This document shows, one piece after another, positions 13,022-25,865 of a stretch of 64,000 nt of DNA; position 1 is the first letter of the stretch; every line of letters starts with the position of its first letter. The notes below the pieces were generated by a model, which worked only from the letters and a program-made list of their open reading frames with translations, made no database searches and was not told the DNA's origin. This DNA comes from Oedothorax gibbosus (Eukaryota): assembly GCA_019343175.1 (NCBI GenBank), contig CM033278.1, positions 14,865,400-14,929,399 on the forward strand. The letters run 5' to 3'. The translations under genes and the position numbers were made by a program.

Positions 13022-13334
13022 TTGGGTACAAGTACCATATATAAGTTATTGTTATCGATGACATTTTTAAAATCAGTTGTGCAACTCATAAAAATTTGGA
13101 CAAACACATCCTAAAATTAATTTAAACACTTTGATTACATTTTATTCTAATGATGGATTTAATACAGTTATATTTGTTTGAAACTTTCATATAATGTTTT
13201 ATTGTTTATAATGCAATGCTATTTTTATAAGAGAAAAATTATTGAAAGCGTTCCTTTTTTTCGAATATATTTATTACGAACTTTACTATTTAGTGTGAAT
13301 TAAGTTTTAAAATATTATCATTTTCTTTTTTTAG

Positions 13335-13421
13335 CATCTTCCCTATTTTACAAAGCATTCAACTTCTTTAAGCCCATATTGAGAGGAAGCCTTCTTCAAA
13401 ACATTAGCGTAGCTTCAAAGG
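13335..13421 (+). CDS. SEC14-like gene, exon g
   Basis: Acceptor ttttttag; ASSLFYKAFNFFKPILRGSLLQNISVASK (matches [28 protein letters not shown]); donor GTAAGA. Confidence 0.7.
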
Positions 13422-13930
13422 GTAAGACATATACCGCATAACACATATTATACTGGAACGAAAAGGAAGAAAAATGGTTAGTGAAACAAATAACGCATCC
13501 TATCCATCCAACCAATCTATTGGTTGACTCTGGTCCCTTTTGAGGCGTAGTAATTTAATAAATATTAAGCTAATTTTTTTCTTTTAAGTAAAGTTACATA
13601 AATTTAACAAATACCATTAAAAGATTACATATTTGGAGTTGTATTCGTAAGTTCCTAATAGATCATCCGTAGGTAGCATTCATGCATGTTCGTATTTGGT
13701 TATAGCTAAGCATACACCATTATGGCCTAGATAGAAAAAGTTATAGAAATAGTTATAGATTCTCAAATTGAAAGTACTGAGAGCAATTGATTGTTATTCT
13801 TATTTACTTTGAGATATAGCATTTTATCCAACCAAACTCTTCTGTCTTGCCTATTCATTACATATTTCCAAGTGTTTCCACAAAGTCAACTATCTCTAAA
13901 TTTGTAAGCAGAATACGAGACGCCATTTTT

Positions 13931-15598
13931 AGCCTACTTTTCTTTTTTTAATTCGAAAGAATTAAAAAAAATGAAAAAGTAGGTATTGACATGCGGTCGA
14001 TGTCCGTCTGTCTGTCTGTCTGTCCGTACCCCCTTCCAAAATCGGTTCTATCCATCGGATCTTAAAAATTCTTTTTTTGTTAGAAAGCTATGACCTCAGA
14101 TACCCAACTTTCATACTTTTTGTCCGTCTGTCTGTACGTCCGGACTGACATAAATCTACTATCTGTCGGCGAATTTCCCATTGAATTAGCATTGAAATTC
14201 AATTTTGAGTCATTTAAATCCCTGTAGGTATTGAAATGCGGTTGATGTCCATCTGTCTGTCTGTTCGTATGTATGTCTGTCTTTCCGTCTGTCTGTCCGT
14301 CTGTCTGTCTGTCTGTCTGTCCGTACCCCCCTTCCAAAATCGGTTCTATCCATCGGATCTTAAATTTTTTTTTGTTAGAAAGCTATGACCTCAGATACCC
14401 AACTTTCATACTTTTTGACCGTCTGTCTGTACGTCCGGACGGACATAAATCTACTATCTGTCGGCGAATTTCCCATTGAATTAGCATTGAAATTCAATTT
14501 TGAGTCATTTAAATCACTGTAGGTATTGAAATGCGGTTGATGTCCATCTGTCTGTCTGTTCGTATGTCTGTCTGTCTTTCCGTCTGTCTGTCCGTCTGTC
14601 CGTCTGTCTGTCTCTCCGTACCCCCTCCCCCTCCAAAATCGGTTCTATCCATCGGATCTTAAAAATTCTTTTTTTGTTAGAAAGCTATGACCTCAGATAC
14701 CCAACTTTCATACTTTTTGTCCGTCTGTCTGTACGTCCGGACGGACATAAATCTACTATCTGTCGGCGAATTTCCCATTGAATTAGCATTGAAATTCAAT
14801 TTTGAGTCATTTAAATCGCTGTAGGTATTGAAATGCGGTTGATGTCCATCTGTCTGTCTGTTCGTATGTCTGTCTGTCCGTCTGTCCGTATCCCTCTTCC
14901 AAAATCTGTTCTATCCCTCAGATCTTAAAAATTCTTTTTTTGATAGAAAGCTATGACCTCAGATACCCAACTTTCATACTTTTTGTCCGTCTGTCTGTAC
15001 GTCCGGACGGACATAAATCTACTATCTTTGGGCGAATTTCCCATTGAATTAGCATTGAAATTCAATTTTGAGTCATTTAAATCACTGTTGCCAGATCAAC
15101 AATGGCATGAGAAACTTTATTTATTTAAACATATTTGAAGCAAAATAATATTTTCATGAATCAGTTTGGAATGACGTCATAAAATGTAGCACAATTCGAT
15201 TCTTTGATTATTCATTATTTATCTACCAAGAAAGCGGCAAGGCATACTTTTGCATGCAATTATGCTTAGTTTTAATTTACATTTCTTATTTTTTAATGCA
15301 GTTCAGAGTAGTTTTATTACTTTTGTTATTAATAAATATTTAATTATTCTTCGAACTACAAATAAATCACGAGCAGATGATAAATAATATTTAATTAATT
15401 TGCGAAAGAATATTAAGGAAAATAGTTGATTTTGGCTTTTAGAAGTTTAAATTATAGCTGGGTGCTGTGTTTCGATTTTTTTTCTAATGTGTATAAATCT
15501 AGTGTAGAAACGGCTGTTGATGATATTTACTTTAGGAACCTAGTTTTTTTTTCCCGATTAGAACTTCAGTAAGTATTTAAGTAACAGGAAAGTAGGCT
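13931..15598. repeat. non-autonomous element or segmental duplicate containing a 4-unit tandem array; paralogous to 47345-48147
   Basis: Termini AGCCTACTTTTC ... GAAAGTAGGCT; flanks and ends are collinear with 47345-48147 in the same orientation. Confidence 0.5.
13975..15090. repeat. tandem array, 4 units of ~245-300 bp, each with a (GTCT/GTCC)n microsatellite core
   Basis: Unit starts AGGTATTGA at 13981, 14226, 14521, 14823; the microsatellite length varies between units. Confidence 0.8.
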
Positions 15599-15709
15599 AT
15601 TTTAGTTCTTTATGAACTTCTTGTTTTTAATGTAGGAATTATAAGGTACGAATCACACTCAATAAATCCTCAGTAATTATTATTATTTAAGAACACTATC
15701 CTTTTTCAG

Positions 15710-15816
15710 AAACTACTCCGGAGCTGCTATTGAAATATATCGATGCAGACGTCCTTCCTGTATTTCTAGGAGGCAAGCGAGTCGACTCCAAAGGAGATCC
15801 TAAGTGCAGAGAATTC
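15710..15816 (+). CDS. SEC14-like gene, exon h (end of CRAL-TRIO domain)
   Basis: Acceptor ctttttcag; ETTPELLLKYIDADVLPVFLGGKRVDSKGDPKCREF (matches [29 protein letters not shown]); donor GTGAGT. Confidence 0.75.
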
Positions 15817-16265
15817 GTGAGTGTTAAGAAAGAATATTTACATTCCAGTCGAACTCTTGGGAAATTTATCCCATACAAATTAAATTTATTAAATTATACA
15901 TTCCTTGAATATATTCCTATCGGTTACGTGCAGTATTTACTTCTGAAAAATGGGGTTGACAGCAATGCAATGTTTTGTGTTCGCTTGGTCAATATCAGAA
16001 AAGCTTCCATTTCCCAGAATTTTTATTACTCAACAAAAGGATTTTTTTAAACTAAATATTAACTACAATTTGTTTGAATACAATTGTAACTTTATATGTT
16101 TAAAAGCTTTAGTTTATTTTTAAGGCGTCTAGCGGTTTTTTATTATTTTCCTAATATTTTAACGAGTGGATAATATGACTTTTGCCATTGACCCCTCAAT
16201 TACGATCCTAACAATTTTCACTGCATACATCAAGATAAACTTACGCATAAAATTCTCTTTTCCAG

Positions 16266-16489
16266 CTCAAATTCGGGGGAGTGGTCCCCGAAGAGAGCTA
16301 CGCCGCGCGACGGCCCCTCCTCGTTCCCACAGATCCGGGCATGTGCAGCATCCTGGTGAGGCCTAGGTCCTGTTACAACTACCCTCTGGTGGTGAAAGAA
16401 GCAAACTCACGTCTGCTGGTGGACATGAGGACAGAAGGGGGGTCCATAGCCACCACAATACTCTTCCGAGAGTTCGGATCGGATCCCAA
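16266..16489 (+). CDS. SEC14-like gene, exon i (GOLD domain, GC-rich)
   Basis: Acceptor ctctttTCCAG; LKFGGVVPEESYAARRPLLVPTDPGMCSILVRPRSCYNYPLVV...TTILFREFGSDP (matches INYGGDIPRKYY...ISRGSSHQVEYEI...GFGIFLKTKMGE); donor GTGAGT. Confidence 0.7.
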
Positions 16490-16589
16490 GTGAGTTTTAA
16501 GAAGTCTTTTTTACTTTCAATTGCTTACTATGCCTAACTATAATGTAATGTAATGTACTCGTTTCCGGCTGCCTATTTCTAGCCTCCTT

Positions 16590-16730
16590 TAGGAGCTTTA
16601 ACACAGCCAATTACGCCTCGTAATTTAGAACCCTGGTCAAGTGACGAGGTCGATACCTGAGCGGGCACCCAACGGAACTTCGATCGACATCGTACGCTAA
16701 AGCCGTCGGGACTTTCGTTTCGACTCCACA
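16590..16730 (-). repeat. partial copy of SINE family S1 (core region)
   Basis: Matches the core GTAATTTAGAACC..GGCACCCAAC..CGTCGGGACTTT of the copies at 28951 and 31264. Confidence 0.4.
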
Positions 16731-18002
16731 GATCTAACAGCTATTACTTAATATAAGGTACTGAAAGTATTGTGATGGAGTCGAAAATCCGAAATGGAAA
16801 TTTTGTGTTTTCATGTTTTGGAAGATGCTGATTCTAAAAAAGTTTTTTTCGAACATTAGTCCGTTTGTCCGTCTGAAACCACTCTACAGCTCGAACTAAA
16901 AGTGCTACGGACTTAAAATTTGGTACACGAGTTCCTAGTAAATGCCGGACGTCAGAATAATGTTTTCGATAAAATTACGCAGAATGCGCAAGGGGTAGCT
17001 GCCATAGAACTTTCTGGGTTTCAAAGTTATTTAAATTACCTTATAAGGTATATAATTACCTGTAAATGTGTGCATTGATTTATTGAGCGGTAATTGAAAG
17101 TCACGTAATGTTACACGCCTCTTGTTTTAATCTGGAATGGAGTTCGTCTGGAAGATTTAGGCAATTCTTTGAAAAGTTAATTGATAGTAATGTTTTAGGA
17201 ATAATCTAAAATTATATAATTTGGGGGATGTATCGGTGCCATAGATTCCTCAGCACATTGTTAAAAACAAACGTTACAGTACTCAGTTACAGGGTTATAG
17301 ATATTGGTAAAATGAGAGTTTTAAAGGTGAAATAGACAAGTATATTCCGAGGGAATATCTTATAAAAGAAATATATGGCATAACAATTGCAAACGCCTGT
17401 CTCTTCTAGAGAACCAATCTTATATTCAACCTTTCTTTTGTATTTACTCGTACAAGCCAGATAAAAATAACATAAAATCGGTTCAAAGAAGGAACTACGA
17501 CAACACTTTTGTTTTATTAATGTAATTCTAAAGTTGAAGGATATTATAAAATGGAGAATTAGTCTGTGACAAGTAGACAAGTATAGAAAATGTAAAAGAC
17601 AAAAAAAACGAACTACTCTAAGGGTCGCACCTTGACAGAGAATCTGACAAGTAATTATGTAATTTTGTGGTAAGAATATTGTATATTGAAAGAATAGAGT
17701 TAGCATGAACAGACAAGACAATGAAAAAAATTAGCTTAGGAAATTATATTGACGACTAAACAACTTGTGAAATATTGTGACAATGTATAAGTGGGCTAAC
17801 CGAAGGAAATTAGGATTACTGTCGCGAGTTTAAAAAAAATCTGGATCTGTGTATCAGCGGAGATGACGTAATGGTGGGTCGTCACCACTCGGTCGATTCC
17901 CGAACACACCTGCCAATATGTCTCGTTTTTGTGCTGATGTGAGTGTTCGAGAAAATAAACTGAATTACGTTTGAAAGCTCATCGTCTTTCGTCCTTCTTT
18001 AA

Positions 18003-18224
18003 CCCTTTCAGTCCCAGTGATGCCATTTGGCATCATCATGTTTCCGATCATAATTTAAAAAAATAATCGGGCTGACATCTATTGGGATTAATAAAAAATA
18101 TTTTCTAATGGAAAAAGTTTGAAGAATCCAGTATGATGTGCTTTTTGACATCATAAATGGCTATAGACGATCAGAAAAAAATTTCTAAAATGATTATGCC
18201 AAATTGTCATTGGGACTGAAAGGG
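18003..18224. mobile_element. piggyBac-like MITE (222 bp) with TTAA target-site duplication
   Basis: TTAA|CCCTTTCAGTCCCAGTG...CATTGGGACTGAAAGGG|TTAA; TTAA at 17999-18002 and 18225-18228. Confidence 0.6.
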
Positions 18225-18283
18225 TTAAAAAGTTAGCTACAAGTATCTTACTCCTGCATGCCCATTGACCAGTTAGGTAGGTA

Positions 18284-18462
18284 GGTTGGTACATGTATTT
18301 CCCGGTTTGTGTGCTTGATCAAAAACCCGCTTATAAACCTTCGTTAAGACAGACACAGGCAGAATTTTTACTGACACAGAGAGAAAGTACTCCCAGGTCG
18401 AAGGCGGGAGACTGTTCGAATGGGCTGCGATCAAACCCACTAGGCCACTCGGGCTCCTATTC
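18284..18462 (-). repeat. SINE family S2 copy (tRNA-like head at the high-coordinate side)
   Basis: GGTTGGTACATGTATTTC..GTGTGCTTGATCA..CCGCTTATAAACCTTCG shared with 52414-52606 and 34853-34927. Confidence 0.5.
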
Positions 18463-18481
18463 AATTGTTTTTCTATTTCAG

Positions 18482-18627
18482 TATTCCAGATCTTCCACCA
18501 AGCGACGCGTACTTGAACGAAAACGACGAGCGATGCAATGTCCGTCTGGTCAGCCCTTGCGTCAAGCTGCAACTGCACCTCGCTCAAGCAGAGGGCGTCT
18601 ACTGTGGAGCACCTTGGCCAGGCATAT
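18482..18627 (+). CDS. SEC14-like gene, exon j (GOLD domain)
   Basis: Acceptor ctatttcag; the only frame compatible with the phase from exon i gives NIPDLPPSDAYLNENDERCNVRLVSPCVKLQLHLAQAEGVYCGAPWPGI; GC-rich; donor GTGAGT. Confidence 0.5.
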
Positions 18628-19305
18628 GTGAGTCTTACATTTCCAAAAGGGCACAATTTAATGGCGATATTACCACAAGCAATGCAACGCGCGCCAAACT
18701 CAGTCGCCAATGGCGCTAGAGCTAGACAGTCCAACGCAATAGCTACCTCTTTAAAACATTTATACGTGCTTTCACCATATAATGGTTCCTAGCAGCTGCA
18801 AAAGCAGTGTGGTAAAATGTTTCATCATATTTTCGGTATTCAGTTGAACTATTTTTCAGCATTTGGAAACAAAAACCTGAGAAATGGTTCAACCGAATAC
18901 CGAAAATGTGGTGAAAACATTTCACCACCCAGCCGTTGCAGCTACTAGGAAACTTATTTTAGTGAAATTTTCGGGTACTTTTACCGGATCAACCACTGGC
19001 GTCATTAGTGACTGAGTTTCGCGCACGTTAATGCTGGTTGTTATATCACAATTACGCCCTTTTGACAGACTCATGTAAGCTCGGACCTTAACTATAGAAT
19101 CATTTAACAACACAATTATGGCATAAATTATCAGGTTCACAAAGCAATTCCACATTTAGTCTTTATAATATCGGCTTTAGCTATCTCATTTACAAAAACA
19201 AAAGAAAAACGAACTAAAGCAGAAGACTTATTTCTGAATGGACAGTTTTCTTGCTAATGGTCTTTAATAACGAGTTAAATACATTTTGAATTATATATTT
19301 TTCAG

Positions 19306-19397
19306 TACTAAACCACGTTCTTTCCTTACCACACAAAAAGAAGCTGTTTTCTGTCCTGTTGGCAGACAAGAATGTTTTGAGAGCAAGGAAGGACTGA
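19306..19397 (+). CDS. SEC14-like gene, last coding exon (stop TGA 19395-19397)
   Basis: Acceptor atttttcag; LLNHVLSLPHKKKLFSVLLADKNVLRARKD* (matches FIHAKKVNFTVEVLLPDKAS at the SEC14L C-terminus). Confidence 0.55.
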
Positions 19398-19557
19398 GAA
19401 GGGAGATTTTGTTTCATTCAAAATCTATTTCGTCTGGAGGGATGGACTCTCACTCTCTTACCTACTTCTCGATCTCCCGCTATTCCCAACCTTCCATCCT
19501 CACTTGTAGCAGAAGACAGTATCCTCCTGACAGCACAGAGAGTGTTGTCTTTTGAAA

Positions 19558-19563
19558 AATAAA
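19558..19563 (+). promoter_or_regulatory. AATAAA polyadenylation signal for the SEC14-like gene
   Basis: AATAAA ~160 nt downstream of the stop codon. Confidence 0.4.
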
Positions 19564-20082
19564 CGCATTCAAAATTTAACTCGCTCTGTAGTCTCATTCA
19601 ATCTCGCACTGAAGCTTAAAATCACAATAGTTTGAAGTGCACTTCCTTTTAGTTGACATAGAAAAAATAGTTTGATTTTAAAATATAAATTCATCTAAAC
19701 AAAATTAACGTGAAACATGCCCATTGGCATTTACAATAATTTCACAATGAAATTTAAACATTTTAATAATTATAATTTAAGTGTCATTGAAAATAATTCT
19801 TTATTGTCTTGTTTTTTGCAGACATTTTTAGGTTCGACAACACTGGAAACTGGATTAACGGAAGGAGGCTTATATACCGTTTGCAAGTTATTCCACCTAA
19901 ATCTTGATGATAACTTTTAGAATATGGGAAACAGCTTCCTAACATTCTAATTAATATTTTGCCAAATACTTATGTTCCATATCTTGAATGAGAAATTTAT
20001 GATATAACCAATAATAAAGTTGAATAGTTTGTTACCTTAGTTTCGTTTCATGTATTTATTAAAAGAGATTAAAAACTACATA

Positions 20083-20654
20083 CAGTAGAAACTCGATTAT
20101 CCTATCTAATTGGGACCGGAAGTAGAGCGGATAATCAAAAATTCCGGATAATAGAGACTTAATTAATTAGTAAAACTTATAGTACTATAGAGCGTCGAAA
20201 GACCTCAAATTCGCCAACGTCCGAAATCTGTGCTGGTTTTGGAGTTGTAAACATTGAGTTTTAGAGTTAAGTTATCTATTAAACTGAGGCTGCCTGACAA
20301 AAATAAAGCTCTAAAATATTACTCTTAATTTCTATTGTTTTTTTTTTTAATATCTGAACGGAGTTCTAGGAAAAGTGCGATTTCATTGAAGCCGGAATTT
20401 CCCGATTTCAAACTCACTGGAGAATTCCGATTTCATAATTGACGGAGATTCCAGATTTTTGAATCGCGGAAATTTGCCCGATTTCAATATAGCCGGAGAT
20501 TCCCCACTTTAGAATCGCTGTAGATTTTTGAGACTGGTTTCTTTTGTGAACAACCAAGAATAACCTTGTTGGAGAATTTTTTTATGTGGACTTAGGGATG
20601 GTCGGTTACCAGAGAGTTCCAGATAAAAACGGGTGGATAATCGAGGTTCTACTG
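20083..20654. mobile_element. Tc1/mariner-type MITE (572 bp) with TA target-site duplication and internal ~36-bp tandem repeats
   Basis: TA|CAGTAGAAACTCGATTATCC ... GGATAATCGAGGTTCTACTG|TA; internal CGGAGATTCC..GATTT units at 20380-20530. Confidence 0.6.
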
Positions 20655-21897
20655 TATATGAAAGATATTCAACAGTGTATTTTTAGCTTCCACACTACGT
20701 TTATAACGTAAAAAGTGAAAGGTATTATAATCGTTCAGTCCGTCTGTCTGTCCGTCCGTCACCCACTTTCATAGCCCAAACTACAAATGCTACGGACAAG
20801 TGTGATGCGTCAAAAATTTCAGCGCATCGAAATTATAATACATTGAAAATTTCAGAAAAGAATTCGAATTTGAAGAACTTTAATTAATTAAAAACCTGCA
20901 AAATTTAATGCTCATTTAAAATGCATAGGAAGCCATTTTTATTGGAATTAAATCACCATTGCCATTCGCAACAATCGCTCGATAAACTTTAATTGTTTAG
21001 ACAATAAATTAAAATAAATTTATTTTTGAGACATCGATCAGTTTGAAATGACGTCCAATATATTTCACTACGAGATTCTTTGTACGTTGATATGAAATAT
21101 TTTTATTATGTTTAAAGGCGAGGAATATTACATATTTATTCTTTGAAATATAAATTAATTTTTGCAAACAATAGGTAATAATTATTTAATTTTCGAAATA
21201 AAATAAATGAAACTAGCCAAATTTAGCATGTAAATGTTTAATATAGAATTAATTCTGTGTTTGGCGCCTTGTTACCTGTTAAACAGAAACTGTTGTGTGG
21301 AAGCGGGTTAAGTGACAGATTCTGTTACAAACCTACTTGTTTTGAGGATGAGAGTTTTTTCTTCTTCTGAATCGAATGAGTTTGTTGAAAAAGAATGTAG
21401 GATATACGATGGTACTTCTAAAATATATATAAATATATTCACATGATTAGTTTTTTTCGTTTAGGTAAGTTACCTTACCAACACTCTACGCCACCGTATC
21501 TGAGGTGTATACAATTTACAATTTTTATTTAACTTTCACAAATATCTTACTTTTAGCTCATTATAATTCTTTCTTCGAAATATAAATAAATTTAGTATAC
21601 GATAATGAATAATTATTGAATTTTCCAAAGAAAATAAATTTAACTAGCCAAATTTAGCGTGAAATGTTTAATGTACTTTTTCCTGCTGAGCACAATCACA
21701 AATGTTGTGTGGAAGCGATGTAAGTAACAGATCTGTTGCAAACCTGCTTGTTATGTATTGCTTTGTCAAATCTAAACTCGATTAGTAAGCGTTAGCGTCC
21801 TAATGAGAGTAGTAGGGCCAAACTACCAGCTGAAGGACCACAAAGCGGTCAAAAAGAAATTGCGCAGCTATTCCAGGGCAGTGGCGGATCTAGCCAT

Positions 21898-21898
<1 letters not shown>

Positions 21899-21928
<30 letters not shown>
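21899..21928. repeat. poly(C) homopolymer (~29 nt) preceded by a CAGTGGCGGATCTAGCCATGGGG motif
   Basis: A C-run read directly from the sequence; in an AT-rich context. Confidence 0.9.
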
Positions 21929-22109
21929 TCAAGTTCTGTTGACCTTCTTTTTTTATTTTTGAAAACAAAATTAAGACAAAAATTTTAATTTATCTTCTTT
22001 TTCAACCAAATTTTTTGATAAAGCGTTAGAGCAGATAACTATTTTTACAGTTTATAGAAAAGTATTCAACTTTTGTTTTTTGCATTTGTTTGTCGGGTTT
22101 TTTTTATGA

Positions 22110-22400
22110 GTTCACAAATGAAGAGCTGAGTGGAAGAACGTGCTGACATTTTTGAAAAAATTGAGATTTTTGTGTCAATGATCATGTTATTACCTGCTTT
22201 AAACATAACAGCTTTCAATTTTTTAGAAAACATTCGATTTCGTATATTTTTCGCATACGAAGTTGGTAGGTGCACGGGTTTTCATCACTTTTTCAATGGA
22301 AGAACGTGCTAAGGATCCTTGGCATGTTCTTCCACCGAAATCGCCCGATTCCGGAACGATCGTTTATTAGTGGAAGAACGTGCTAAGTGACACGTTTGCG
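22110..22400 (+). repeat. ~300-bp segment with 4 copies of the subterminal motif GTGGAAGAACGTGCTAAGTGACA; inverted homologue of 30020-30310
   Basis: Motif copies at 22127, 22296, 22322 (reverse complement) and 22367; the start GAAGAGCTGAGTGGAAGAACGTGCTGACATTTTTG matches the reverse complement of the 30310 end. Confidence 0.45.
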
Positions 22401-23774
22401 GAAAATTTTCAGACTTTCGCTTGCATTAATAGCAAAACAAATGGTTCTTTTGTATTTTTAATCAAAAAGAATTCAACAAAATGTAATTAATGTTTCCTAA
22501 TTAACTTTAATTATTAAATATAATCAATGAAATTAAATTTATATTGCGTAAAACTTTGTTTTCAGTTCATTTAGCAAAATAGGGGAAAAAATGCATTTTG
22601 ATTTTAAATTTAAACAGAGTTAAAGGTTTTAACATTTTATAAAATGTCGTCTGATTTTTATTGTAATAAACATAGATAATTTAGCAGCGAACAGATGGTA
22701 TAATTAAAACAAAGTTGCACCTGCTCTATGGAGATGGCAGTTCGCAGTTCGCGTTAAAACAACATTGCACCGAACATTCAAAGCATCTGGTTTGTTTAAA
22801 AAAAATGAATTATGGGTACAAAAATCGTTTTAAAGCCATTTTACGTTTGATCCCTAAGGCTATCGAACGCATTTTGTGCAATGTCCTAAACTCCTAAAAT
22901 TATTAAAATGGAATTAAGAAGTAAGCGGAAAGCTGAATTTTTGCTTGAAAGTGTGAATAAAAGCTTATACGGTAAGTACAAATTTAATCAAGATATTGCT
23001 TTGTTATGTAAAACTAAAATATTTTTATAATAATTGGTGTAAAAATAAAGTGACAAAGTATAAAACGTTATAAGTTCTTAATATTTATTTTAAAATATCG
23101 ATGACTTTAAAAAAGTACTATGCATCACGATTGTAAAAATAAATTGTTTAAACTTTAAACGATCATGTTCTACTGTTGTAGAAATGCTGTAAATTAGAGT
23201 AGCTTTCTTAAAATTGATTAAACCCTTAATTGAAAAGGAGAAAGAAAAACGTAAATAACCTTAGGGTCTATATCTTGCCATACAAGTTATTTTTTCTTTT
23301 TTTTAATATCAAAGTTTGTTTTTAAATTCGACTATTCTTATCTAAAAACTATTTTAAAATTTATTTTGCAAAAACTTACATCTCGTATTATTATCTTTTT
23401 TATAAGTCTTTTAAATTTAATATTTATTTTATTCACATGCATTTGTGTTTCTTTTACTATCTTTTTGTATACTTTTTATTAAGTTGATTTCTCTTATTAT
23501 TCTTCAAAGTATTTAGTTTATAATTTCAGTGATAATGGTATTTTTTAAAAAATATTTTCAATTAAAAACTTACTCATCTAACATTAAGCAAGAAGTTCTA
23601 AAATAACTTATATAATCTACTTTCTTTTAACTTAAATACTCAAAGAAATCCTTATAGTAGGGACAGACGGACGAACAAAAAGTACAAGATAGGTGACTGA
23701 TATCTTAAAAAAACTAGGGATGTGTAACACTATATATCAATACGCTCATTTTAAGATATATACCTTATAAAGTA

Positions 23775-24100
23775 TTTTCAATAACTTTCAAACCTAAAAA
23801 GTTATATGGCAGCTACTCCTTGCACATGCACAATATTGTAGAAAACTTTATTTTGACGTCCGACTAGTACAGGGAACACGTGTATCAAATTAGAAGTCTG
23901 TATCTATTTTCGTTGTTCAGCAATACCTTTAAAACCCAAAAAAGTTTATAGCAGCCCCTACTTGCACATGCGCAATTTTCTAGAAAACCTTATTATGACG
24001 TCCAACAGGAACTAGAAACCCGTGTACTAAATTTGAAGTCCGTAGCTCTTTTATTTTAAACTGTAAAGTAGTTTCAGACAGACAGACGGATCAATGTAAA
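23775..24100. repeat. two tandem ~165-bp units of a dispersed repeat (also at 16850-17030 reverse-complemented and 20720-20830)
   Basis: Shared core GGCAGCTACTCCTTGCACATGCACAAT; the units are ~80% identical. Confidence 0.4.
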
Positions 24101-24639
24101 AAAAAACAATTTTTTAGAATGAGCACCCTCCAAAACGTGTAGAAAGCACAAAATCTTCATTTTGGATTATTGACCCCTACCGCAATAATTTTATTACCTT
24201 ATATTTTATATTAGGTAATTGAAAGTAATAACTTTAAAAATTGGACGGGTACAAATTAAGTTGGGGGGGGGGGGGGGTAGTAGGACGTACGGACAGAAAC
24301 AAAAAAGCAGACGTACAGGCAGGTGGCCAAACACTATACATTGTAGTCATCTAGTTTTTTACTTTCGAACCAAAAAAAAAAGAATTTTTAAAATCAGGAA
24401 CTTTTGGATCGGGAATTGAAAGGGATATGGACGGACGGACAAAATGATGGACGGACAGGCAAACGATTAATAAGTATAAAAGAGATCTGTGAAGTTCTAT
24501 CTTCCAAACAGAAAAAGAACTTTGAAAATAGGAAGGTTAGTACAGAAATTATGAAACGTTTATGGATCAAATTTACCTAAAAAATGTCACTTGACCAAGG
24601 GCGGATCCAGGGTGACAATTTGGGGGGGGGGGGAACTTA

Positions 24640-25747
24640 TCTATATACATAAAAGGCAACTTCCGTTTGTTTGTTTGTTTGTATAAGACACGAGATGTAA
24701 AGAACCACGCAACAGATCGTCACGAAATTTGGCACAAAAATTCATCTCATCTCCGGAACAAACATAGGCTAAGAATTTATCGTATCAAACTATTCCTTCT
24801 ATCGTTTTTGAACGTTTTTATTCGAATTTTCTGAAAAAAACTACACCACTTTGGCTCAAATCCGATCTTTTTTTACTTTCCTGATGCCATCGGCTGAAAA
24901 AATTAAATAAAACTTTTAACGAAAACATTTAAAATTGAAAATGTTTATTTTATTCTATTGTCATTACCTTCAGAAACTAATTTCATTATTTGAAAAATAA
25001 TTGACATGTTTCAAGTGACGTAATTCAGCCAGTCTCCATTCCCGGATTTTATTGTGGGTTTATTTGATGATTTTTTCATTGATTTTTCTGTTGACTGCAT
25101 GTATGCATATATTTAAGCAATAAATGTATAGTTAAGCTATTACTGAACTATGATGGTTAATAAAGGCCATCGCACTAGAGCTGCAGATTAGTGCTTTATG
25201 TATTTATTTTTTCGCCAAATACGTTGCCAAACTCGCCAAATTATAAACTAAAACTCGCCAAATGGGCAATTTCTTTTATAAATAATTTATAAGCTGGTCG
25301 GTTGTACGAAGGTCATTGTGTTAGAGCTGTATAATGGGTGTGTTTATAGCTATATCTATTTTCTCGCCAAATTATTTCCCAAAACGCGCCAAATGAGCTA
25401 AAAGGTTTTATGTATTTATGAGGGAATTGTGATGACATTTATGAGTGAATTTTTTAAAATAAATGTTTGAGACTATTTAAAGATTTATATGTTTTTCCAT
25501 TTTTAATTCTTACTGATTATTTTTTACTTAAATGTGTATTATTTTTAATTTGAGCTTCTTATCAAAGGTATTTTTGAAATTAATATAATCATTACTATAT
25601 CCAAGTTGGGTAATTAAATGGAAAATTACTGGGTAATCTTCATATCTTATGTAACTAAAATGAAAGAAAAAAAATAGTTCAATTGACTGTTAAATTATTT
25701 TTCAACCTCTACCTGTACAACGTCGGGTATAACAGCTAGTAATAAAT
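24640..25747 (+). mobile_element. Helitron-like non-autonomous element, copy 2 (internal ~300 bp deletion)
   Basis: Same termini as copy 1: A|TCTATATACAT...CAGCTAG|T; collinear with 5690-6483 and 4841-5120 reverse-complemented. Confidence 0.5.
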
Positions 25748-25780
25748 AAATAAAAATAATTTTTAGCTAAAATTATTTTT

Positions 25781-25865
25781 AATTACAATTATTTTTAATT
25801 ACAATTATTTTTAATTACAATTATTTTTAATTACAATTATGTTTAATTACAATTATTTTTAATTA
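25781..25865. repeat. 16-bp tandem repeat (TTACAATTATTTTTAA)x5
   Basis: Read directly from the sequence. Confidence 0.85.

Noticed and set aside
14080-14479. ORFs encoding QTDRQTDGQTDG / SVCPSVCLSVCP
   Set aside because: Artefacts of the (GTCT/GTCC)n microsatellite inside the tandem array.
18273-18734. 153-aa minus-strand ORF
   Set aside because: It overlaps a SINE copy and is antisense to SEC14-like exon j (18482-18627). The GC-richness there is explained by the plus-strand exon.
21803-21988. ORF with GPPPPPPPPPPSS
   Set aside because: It is a translation of a poly(C) homopolymer.
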